From: Candidatus Methanoperedens sp.
Lineage (GTDB): Archaea; Halobacteriota; Methanosarcinia; Methanosarcinales; Methanoperedenaceae
Assembly: GCA_027460535.1 (NCBI GenBank)
Contig: JAPZAR010000007.1
Coordinates: 139,307-171,306 of the forward strand
DNA length: 32,000 nt
Reading direction: 5' to 3'
Each line of letters starts with the position of its first letter. The stretch's first letter is position 1. A model generated the notes under the pieces. That model was given only the letters and a program-made list of their open reading frames with translations. It did not search any database and was not told the DNA's origin. The translations under genes were made by a program, and so were the position numbers. This document shows, in pieces, positions 26,125 through 32,000 of this stretch.

Positions 26125-26358
26125 ATGATTGAAACAGATTATATTAAAAGAAAAATCGAATACTTAAAATACACAACAACCACGTATACTGCAGCGTTAA
26201 TAGTTATTCTTTGGAAAATATATACAGAACCTTACTTTTTCAATAATCTGGGGCTGGGTGAAAACGAATTTTTAATAGGAATAGCTTTTGTCTTTATGTG
26301 TTTGGCAATAATTAGTAGTATTCAATGGCATCAGCAAATAGAGAAATTAAACAATTAA
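26125..26358 (+). CDS. Hypothetical 77-aa protein with two TM helices, divergent from the AbiJ-like gene
   Basis: MIETDYIKRKIEYLK, then TTYTAALIVILWKIY and FLIGIAFVFMCLAIISSI. It has the same AT-rich composition as the neighbouring gene. The track start at 26080 would overlap the AbiJ-like start. Confidence 0.35.
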   Translation: MIETDYIKRKIEYLKYTTTTYTAALIVILWKIYTEPYFFNNLGLGENEFLIGIAFVFMCLAIISSIQWHQQIEKLNN

Positions 26359-26486
26359 CCCCAATACAAGATATATTCCCTTTTGCCATATGGCATTACG
26401 GGATCAAGTGAAAACACCCTCATAATCCATTGCTAAGAAGGATATGTGTGTTGGTGGGATCTAAAAGAGAGAAGCACCCGGCTGAA

Positions 26487-27173
26487 TTATCCTGAAAGGA
26501 GAGCCAGGCAACTTTCAAGCGTACCGTTCCCCACGATATCAGGAAATATGCCACGTTTTCGCATTGCTTCGGCGGTTTTCTGGCCTATTGCGGCAACCTT
26601 TAGCTTTCTTGCATGCTCCATACCAAAACCTGATGATTCAAACGACATGGCACTTGTAAAGATCACTGCATCCGCTTCTTTTAATTTTTCTGAAATATTT
26701 TTTTCCACAGACCTTAATCCGTATGCCGGAGCTTCGACTATTACTGCTCCTCTGGATACAAGAGAAGTTCTCAATTCAATATTCGGAACCTCGGCGCGGG
26801 CTATGCCTATGGATTTACCGGCGATATTCCCGAGGTACCTCACAAAGTTCTCGGATGAGAACGAGTCTATGACCTCGCTGGCCACGCCGTATTCTTCCAC
26901 TTTCTTTGCTGTTTTTGGGCCAACACTCACTATCCTTACTTTTTTTCCCGGCGTTATCTTCTCAAAAAGTTTCTCAACCCCGAGAGCGCTCGTGAAAATC
27001 AGGATGTCGATCTTATCTTTTGAAATCATGTCGCAAAGATGATGAAGAGGCCCGGGGTCTGTGGGATCTGTTGCCTTCATGGTTGGAACCAGGATCGCTT
27101 CGTGGCCGTAGCGGGCAAATAGCTCTTCTATACCCTGGGATTTTTCTTCCAGTTTCGTGACAGCAATTTTCAT
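26487..27173 (-). CDS. hemD: Uroporphyrinogen-III synthase
   Basis: A 228-aa two-lobe HemD-like pattern: ILVPTMK, IDILIFTSALGVE, IVSVGPKTAK, DAVIFTSAMS, VAAIGQKTAEA. Confidence 0.7.
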   Translation of the reverse strand: MKIAVTKLEEKSQGIEELFARYGHEAILVPTMKATDPTDPGPLHHLCDMISKDKIDILIFTSALGVEKLFEKITPGKKVRIVSVGPKTAKKVEEYGVASEVIDSFSSENFVRYLGNIAGKSIGIARAEVPNIELRTSLVSRGAVIVEAPAYGLRSVEKNISEKLKEADAVIFTSAMSFESSGFGMEHARKLKVAAIGQKTAEAMRKRGIFPDIVGNGTLESCLALLSG

Positions 27174-27215
27174 ACAAATGAAAACTCACGCATCAAAGCA
27201 TAATGCTTTTGTTCA

Positions 27216-28535
27216 TTGGCAGTTCATGGGATTGGCATGGAACTATCCATAACTTTACTGCTCATCTCAATGTTTTTCGGCTTTCTCCTCGGCATTATCT
27301 CAGGTCTAACCCCGGGAATCCATGTAAATAATTTTGCCCTTATCCTCGTGGCATTGTCACCGCTTTTCATGGATCTGGGGTTCGCTCCCTTTTACGTCGC
27401 TGTGATCATCCTTTCAAATTCCATAACCCAGACGTTCCTCGATATCATCCCCTCGATTTTTCTTGGGGCGCCGGAAGCCGATACAGCACTTGCAGTCCTG
27501 CCCGGGCATGCGCTTCTTGCGGAGGGGAAAGGATCTGAAGCCGTGCGTTTATCCGCCATTGGTGCCGCGGGTTCAGTGGTTGTTTCTTTATTGATGGCCG
27601 TTCCGCTAGCGTTTTTCTTCCTGAACATCTACGGCACGATAAACTCATTCATCGGATGGATACTTGTTTTAATTGTCCTTTTGATGATAGCCACCGAGAA
27701 CGGAGAGGTGGTTGAGGGACAGGGATCGCTGGTACATCTCAAATTCAAGATGTATGCGGTGTTCCTGTTCCTGATATCAGGCTTTCTGGGGATGTTCGCG
27801 TTTGATAATCAGGCATGGATGTCGCCGCTTGTAAAATTCGGTGAACCCTCAATACTTCTTCCCCTCCTTTCCGGATTGTTCGGAGCATCAATGCTGGTGA
27901 TCAGTCTCATGACGAAATCCGAAATACCACCCCAGAAAAGGGGAAGCGCGTTCGTGCTTCCCCGAAAAAGAATTGTCAGGGGATTACTGACCGGGAGCGC
28001 AGCAGGTTCTTTTGTGGCATGGCTTCCCGGGGTCTCTTCGGCAGTGGGCACCATTATCGCCCGGCTCATTATACCGGAGGAAAAGGATGAAAATTCGTCA
28101 AAAGAATTCCTGATTTCCATAAGTGGAGCAAATACCGCAAATGCTATCTTCAGTCTGATAGCGCTTTTCATTATCCACAAGGGCAGAAGCGGGGCAATGG
28201 TAGCGATCGACAAACTTGTCAATGTGAGCGAGTGGGATTTTTCCATGGTGATTATTTTATTGATCGTAATTGTATCTATCTCAGTGATTTCTTATTACAC
28301 CACCATCTTTCTCGGTGACAGAGTATCGGGTTTCCTGTCAAAAGTCAATTACTCGAATTTATGTGCCACTGTGTTAATAGGCCTGTCTTTTCTGGTTTTT
28401 ATGCTCACCGGCCTGTTCGGATTTATCATATTCCTTATATCCACGCCGGTCGGGATGATCGCATCATTTGCAAAAATAAGAAAAACGCATGCAATGGGGG
28501 TAATATTGTTGCCTGTGATAATGTATTTCATTTAA
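27216..28535 (+). CDS. TctA/DUF112-family polytopic membrane transporter
   Basis: About 11-12 TM helices. Duplicated PG motifs (ISGLTPGIHVNNFA and FVAWLPGVSSAVGT) are characteristic of tripartite tricarboxylate transporter TctA-like / DUF112 proteins. Confidence 0.6.
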   Translation: MAVHGIGMELSITLLLISMFFGFLLGIISGLTPGIHVNNFALILVALSPLFMDLGFAPFYVAVIILSNSITQTFLDIIPSIFLGAPEADTALAVLPGHALLAEGKGSEAVRLSAIGAAGSVVVSLLMAVPLAFFFLNIYGTINSFIGWILVLIVLLMIATENGEVVEGQGSLVHLKFKMYAVFLFLISGFLGMFAFDNQAWMSPLVKFGEPSILLPLLSGLFGASMLVISLMTKSEIPPQKRGSAFVLPRKRIVRGLLTGSAAGSFVAWLPGVSSAVGTIIARLIIPEEKDENSSKEFLISISGANTANAIFSLIALFIIHKGRSGAMVAIDKLVNVSEWDFSMVIILLIVIVSISVISYYTTIFLGDRVSGFLSKVNYSNLCATVLIGLSFLVFMLTGLFGFIIFLISTPVGMIASFAKIRKTHAMGVILLPVIMYFI

Positions 28536-28663
28536 AACCGAGCATCCTTTCTCTGTGATCCCCGGCTGGTGAAGCTCTGCCGTGCTCTTTACAAGCGTCT
28601 CGGCCAGATCCATCCACCTGTACTTGCCACCAAAGAGATGTCGAATTCATATTTTGAGTCCGA
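28483..28663 (+). repeat. Direct repeat, left copy (last 16 codons of the permease gene plus ~130 bp downstream)
   Basis: Collinear with 30416-30586 at a constant offset of 1933 through the core. 28521-28588 is identical over 68 bp to 30454-30521. The flanks are diverged, with a 6-nt and a 4-nt indel to the right. Confidence 0.85.
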
Positions 28664-28723
28664 AATATCCTTCATCAACCGGTTTGCCATATCCCCAACT
28701 TCTTCCGGTGTATATACTACCAT
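28589..28723 (-). pseudogene. Possible N-terminal stub of a purine/type-I phosphoribosyltransferase gene
   Basis: MVVYTPEEVGDMANRLMKDISDSKYEFDISLVASTGGWIWPRRL* resembles the PRTase N-terminus (..ytweev....a.kl......fD.ivaiarGG..pa..l). It stops after 44 codons, exactly at the edge of the 68-bp identical core. Confidence 0.3.
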
Positions 28724-28870
28724 TCCCCCCTCGTTTAAGAGCTGCCCTTAATGCTTATTAGATTCCAAACCATAAGAAATATAAACCCCTGTTCTCATAT
28801 AAAAGTGGATTTGTAGAATAGCAATGGTGGATAGGAACTAAAGACTCAAACACCAGGATTCTTAGACCCA

Positions 28871-28916
28871 TAAAAAAAAATGGAGCTCAGTCGTTTCAAA
28901 AGGGCAACTGAGCTCC
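28871..28916 (-). terminator. Perfect 10-bp stem-loop followed by T9 on the minus strand (intrinsic-terminator-like)
   Basis: ggagctcagt (28882-28891) pairs with actgagctcc (28907-28916) around a 15-nt loop. The plus strand has A9 at 28872-28880, which is T9 after the hairpin on the minus strand. No minus-strand gene lies upstream of it. Confidence 0.4.
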
Positions 28917-29015
28917 AGCTTTGCCCGAAGGCACGGTAAGGTATACTTTGAGGTCATTAAAAGGTTGCTCAATTGTGCCTCCGAGGGAACAGATAAACAA
29001 TAGGAGGAAAATAAG

Positions 29016-29789
29016 ATGAGAAATAAAGGAATGCAATTAGGTGCAGTGCTTGTGGCGATGCTAATTGTGAGTATGTTATTTGTACCTGCAGTGAGCGCAC
29101 AAGCGGAAAAAGAGAAAGTGAACAAAAAAATAGTGAAGATAATTCAGCTTCAACCAGAATCTGGTAGCGAAGTCATCCTAAATTCATCTAATGCAACCCG
29201 ATGGTCAGATGATTCAATATCCTTTGGTGGCAGTGGTGAGAAGCGAGTGGGTGAGCCTGCATTATATTTCAGCATTGAAGTAAATATCTCAAAGGGAACT
29301 TACAAAACAATCAAACGGAATATTTCAAATGATATCGAATTCACGCCTGTCTTAAGCAAAGTTGAAATCTACAATAATGAACTTGTCCCGAATATTTTGA
29401 CAGCAGGGGTAAAACCAGGAACATGGTTAGCGACAATTCAGATGATTACCAAGGATCCAGCTTTGTGGGATCTTGCAAAAACAACCCATACTCTGACGTG
29501 GACCGTAAATCCCAGTGGAACCGTGACATATAAAGGACGCATAGACAGCTGCTGGGCAGCCAATCCATCTCCCCTTAATACACATTGGTATGTGGATTCA
29601 TGCAATTTCCAGGGCAGCTATTTATATTCAGCCGATTATACGGCTCTCTTCTCAACGGTTGATAATAAATTCCATAATTGGGATTTCATGAATCAAAACC
29701 AAGCCACTTATGTAGAGCACTGGAATCAGATTAAAGGAAGAAATGATGGATACTATAATTACTGGATTGATTTTGTGTATGCAAGTTAG
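29016..29789 (+). CDS. Secreted protein of unknown function (Sec signal peptide; Trp/Asn/Tyr-rich C-terminal half)
   Basis: The RBS aggagg lies 9 nt upstream. The signal peptide is MRNKGMQLGAVLVAMLIVSMLFVPAVSAQAE. The C-terminal part has two Cys (RIDSCWAANPSPLNTHWYVDSCNF) and many W/N/Y residues. I recognise no family. Confidence 0.7.
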   Translation: MRNKGMQLGAVLVAMLIVSMLFVPAVSAQAEKEKVNKKIVKIIQLQPESGSEVILNSSNATRWSDDSISFGGSGEKRVGEPALYFSIEVNISKGTYKTIKRNISNDIEFTPVLSKVEIYNNELVPNILTAGVKPGTWLATIQMITKDPALWDLAKTTHTLTWTVNPSGTVTYKGRIDSCWAANPSPLNTHWYVDSCNFQGSYLYSADYTALFSTVDNKFHNWDFMNQNQATYVEHWNQIKGRNDGYYNYWIDFVYAS

Positions 29790-29833
29790 AAAATCTCCCT
29801 ATTTTTATTTTTTTATTATCTCGAGGTTTGTTC

Positions 29834-30382
29834 ATGGCAATTCAAGATCATAAAGAAGTTATTTGGATGAGCCTGCTATTCGCTCTTACAATCGGCATAT
29901 TACTTTTAATGATCAAAGGAAGAACAGCATCAAAGCATAAGGTCTTTGGTTCTATTCCTCTCTCATTGTCAAATGTTTTATTAACTTTTTCATTTCTTCA
30001 GGTATTAGGAATCGGGTTAATGGTCGTTCTCATAGGAATTTTCGGGAATAATATTTCATCTAACAACCCCCTCAGTGTCGTACTTCAGTTTGTTGCTGTT
30101 TTTTATGGACAAATTATTACTATATTTACTATATTTGGAACATTATATATAATGTTTAAAGAGCATAATAAACCACAAAGAAGGGCATTCGATTCAGCTT
30201 CAATCATTTTAGTGAATGATTTATTGTTTCTTTCCGTTTTATGGGCATGGTCGTATGGAAAAACACTAATCTTGCTCAATATAATTTTAATACTATTTCT
30301 TATTATAAAAAATCAACATTATAAATATCCATTTATTGCAGTTTTGATCCTCAGTATATACTTTGCATACTGGATATGGTAA
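29834..30382 (+). CDS. Polytopic membrane protein of unknown function (5-6 TM)
   Basis: ATG at 29834 with gaggt 6-7 nt upstream (the track start at 29828 is TTG). The sequence has successive hydrophobic helices and is very AT-rich. I recognise no family. Confidence 0.6.
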   Translation: MAIQDHKEVIWMSLLFALTIGILLLMIKGRTASKHKVFGSIPLSLSNVLLTFSFLQVLGIGLMVVLIGIFGNNISSNNPLSVVLQFVAVFYGQIITIFTIFGTLYIMFKEHNKPQRRAFDSASIILVNDLLFLSVLWAWSYGKTLILLNIILILFLIIKNQHYKYPFIAVLILSIYFAYWIW

Positions 30383-30415
30383 TATGTTTTAAGTCAATGA
30401 GTTTTGCTGAGCCAT

Positions 30416-30586
30416 AAACGCACGGGATGGGAGTGATTTTGCTCCCTGTGATGATGTATTTCATTTAAAACCGAGCATCCTTTCTCTGTGATCCCCGGCT
30501 GGTGAAGCTCTGCCGTGCTCTCTACAATGACCTGCATCCGTCAGCAAAACCTGACACCAAAGTGAAGTCGGGTTCATTGAGTCCGA
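30416..30586 (+). repeat. Direct repeat, right copy (displaced 16-codon remnant of a permease 3' end plus downstream sequence)
   Basis: It encodes *THGMGVILLPVMMYFI*, against THAMGVILLPVIMYFI* in the intact gene. Four of the six changed codons are synonymous. The core 30454-30521 is identical to 28521-28588. Confidence 0.85.
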
Positions 30587-30775
30587 GGTTCTGTCAGGTC
30601 TTAGGTTGATTGCGACACCTGTCAAAAATCGGTTGATAAAAATAAACGATGGATGGAATTTTATCGGGACATATACCAAGTTAAAAATACCAAAACAGTC
30701 TATATGTTCGAAGGCAACAAGTAGCAGATTCCAAATATCCATGTTACCGACCCCAAAATCCCATATCGCTCATTT

Positions 30776-31298
30776 ATGATATTCATAGATGGTGCTATCT
30801 AAGAAATAAAATGCGGAATACATTTGGACACGATAATATAAAATTTGGTATATTATCATCGCTTCTTGTTCAGAGTCAAATTCTCTTGGGGTAATCAATA
30901 TGGAACTTGTAAGGGTATATTATTACGATGCAATAGTTGATTTTAGAGATGATTCAGAAAAACATCAAGAGCAAGAGTCTTATTTTAAGAGGATTCAAAA
31001 AATTAATAATTACGAAGTTAAACTTGGGAGACTTATAAAAACAGGCAAGAATAACAATGATTATCGACAAAAAGGGGTTGATGTTCTTTTGGCGATTGAT
31101 ATGATTAGTAAAGCCCATTTAGATCACTATGATATTGCGCTTCTTTTAGCAGGGGATGATGATTATTTAGACATGGTAAAATCAATAAAAGATTTTACTG
31201 GGAGAAGGGTTTATGGGGCTTATTTTGAGAATAGTGCTTCAAAGAGATTGGTCGAATTTTTCGACATGCGAATCCCCATGACAGATGATATGATTTAG
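30776..31298 (+). pseudogene. NYN-domain (LabA/DUF88-like) ribonuclease gene, disrupted near the 5' end
   Basis: The 30900-31298 ORF has the NYN core ELVRVYYYDA, KGVDVLLAIDM and ALLLAGDDDYLDMVKSIK. The expected N-terminal catalytic segment MIFIDGA is encoded at 30776-30796 in another frame, with an in-frame TAA following at 30800-30802. A frameshift near 30835-30845 is also needed. Confidence 0.6.
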
Positions 31299-31501
31299 TA
31301 AACTTGTTGATATCAAGTAATAATTCAAAAAGGTTGATACTGCCGCAGATAAACGAGATGCCGCTTGTGAAACAGCCGATTGATAATGTTGATATAAGCA
31401 AGCTGATGGATGATTTTGTGTGAAAAGCGGTTTCGCGAAAGAAGGATGAAGCATGAAATAGGTTCTAACGAAAACTTATTTTAGTTAAACGAATAATTAG
31501 T

Positions 31502-32000
31502 ATGTGCATTATAATGAATGAAATAATTCCAGATAGAGTTAATAAAATCGCACAAATAATATCCGAAGTATCGCATTTAAACGAAACCGATATGTTCATC
31601 CTGCTGACCCTGCTTGCCGACAGTACGATCACCAATGCGGAGCTTGCAAAAATATTGAAATTCAAAGACGGGAATTCTGCGGCATATCACACACGCACCA
31701 TGCAACAGGAAGGAATAATTGACCGATATACCATTGTTCCCAACTGGAAACGTATGGGGCTGGCAACGGAATTCATCGTACTGGCTGAAGCGGAGAATGA
31801 AGAACAACTGCTTGAGATCGAGAAAAGGAATATAATAATGGCAGATGAATATGCAACGATACAAGGAGATATTGTTGTAAAGGAGACAATCTCAGGTTGT
31901 GTAATCCTTAAGGATGTCTTCCACTGTTTCGGTGATAAAACGATGGCGATAATAATCGGAAGAGCAACATCTGACCAGGATGCTGCGGTCTATTGCAAGA
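31502..32000 (+). CDS. Lrp/AsnC-like transcriptional regulator (3' end beyond the window; not in the ORF track)
   Basis: Open frame from ATG 31502 (or 31514) to the window edge. The HTH is ITNAELAKILKFKDGNSAAYHTRTMQQEGIIDRYT, followed by a RAM/ACT-like beta-alpha segment LATEFIVLAEAENEEQLLEIEKR. Confidence 0.55.
   Translation, partial: MCIIMNEIIPDRVNKIAQIISEVSHLNETDMFILLTLLADSTITNAELAKILKFKDGNSAAYHTRTMQQEGIIDRYTIVPNWKRMGLATEFIVLAEAENEEQLLEIEKRNIIMADEYATIQGDIVVKETISGCVILKDVFHCFGDKTMAIIIGRATSDQDAAVYCK

Noticed and set aside
26446-27042. 198-aa plus-strand ORF overlapping hemD
   Set aside because: It is antisense to the HemD-like frame, which has the recognisable two-lobe pattern. It has no RBS or promoter and a low-complexity translation.
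28569-28751. 60-aa plus-strand ORF downstream of the permease gene
   Set aside because: In the best-aligned 25-nt stretch of the two repeat copies (28626-28650 vs 30553-30577), all five nucleotide differences are non-synonymous in this frame. That argues against it being coding.
28862-29125. 87-aa minus-strand ORF overlapping the start of the secreted-protein gene
   Set aside because: It overlaps the RBS and signal-peptide region of a well-supported plus-strand gene and runs through the terminator-like hairpin. No supporting features.
28664-30415. Calling the cassette an active mobile element or provirus
   Set aside because: No integrase, transposase, replication or capsid gene lies between the repeats. 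Only the att-like repeat footprint and the AT-rich composition support mobility, so I report it as a finding and not as a mobile_element feature.
30461-30742. 93-aa minus-strand ORF in the right repeat copy
   Set aside because: Only its last 38 codons have a counterpart in the left copy. The N-terminal 55 codons are unique and hydrophobic/low-complexity, and they abut the NYN pseudogene start. The full-length ORF is probably fortuitous.
1-32000. Searched the intergenic regions by eye for tRNA, rRNA, RNase P / SRP-like RNAs and riboswitches
   Set aside because: I saw no cloverleaf-compatible segments (acceptor/T-arm GTTCRANYC motifs) and no rRNA-like conserved blocks. A covariance-model scan (tRNAscan-SE, Infernal/Rfam) would be needed to exclude small RNAs.

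Overview
This looks like an archaeal chromosomal segment. It carries fibrillarin, split archaeal-type glutamate synthase domains, FtsZ and BRE/TATA-type promoters. The gene content is reminiscent of Methanosarcinales/ANME-like euryarchaea, but that taxon is only a guess.

Housekeeping and metabolic blocks:
- gltB domain genes (2..1778)
- hbd, crt, a fixC remnant and acd (10761..13806)
- IPMDH-family gene, flpA and an ICMT-like gene (13904..16371)
- an orphan type-1 binding protein (16904..18136)
- a wHTH / receiver / Cache-kinase / binding-protein sensing cluster (20018..23876)
- ftsZ, hemD and a TctA/DUF112-like permease

Three accessory patches interrupt these blocks:
1. 1884..10307 holds an apparently intact Type I R-M system. 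Its hsdM, hsdS and hsdR genes are pulled apart by two toxin-antitoxin-like two-gene cassettes. A 99-aa plus DUF6516/TumE-like pair lies between hsdS and hsdR on the opposite strand. A BrnT-like plus 63-aa pair lies between hsdM and hsdS, bracketed by direct copies of a structured short-period repeat element. This island, and especially the 5143..5823 pair, is my best candidate for an undescribed system.
2. 25098..26440 is an AT-rich islet with an AbiJ-like gene.
3. 28483..30586 is an AT-rich cassette of about 1.75 kb. It encodes a secreted Trp/Asn-rich protein and a polytopic membrane protein. It is bracketed by diverged direct repeats of about 175 bp that share a 68-bp identical core spanning the 3' end of the permease gene.

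Several genes look decayed: a crt frameshift, a fixC stub, an ABC ATPase relic, a PRTase stub and a disrupted NYN gene. I recognised no rRNA, tRNA or CRISPR array. All family assignments rest on motif recognition by eye, not on searches.
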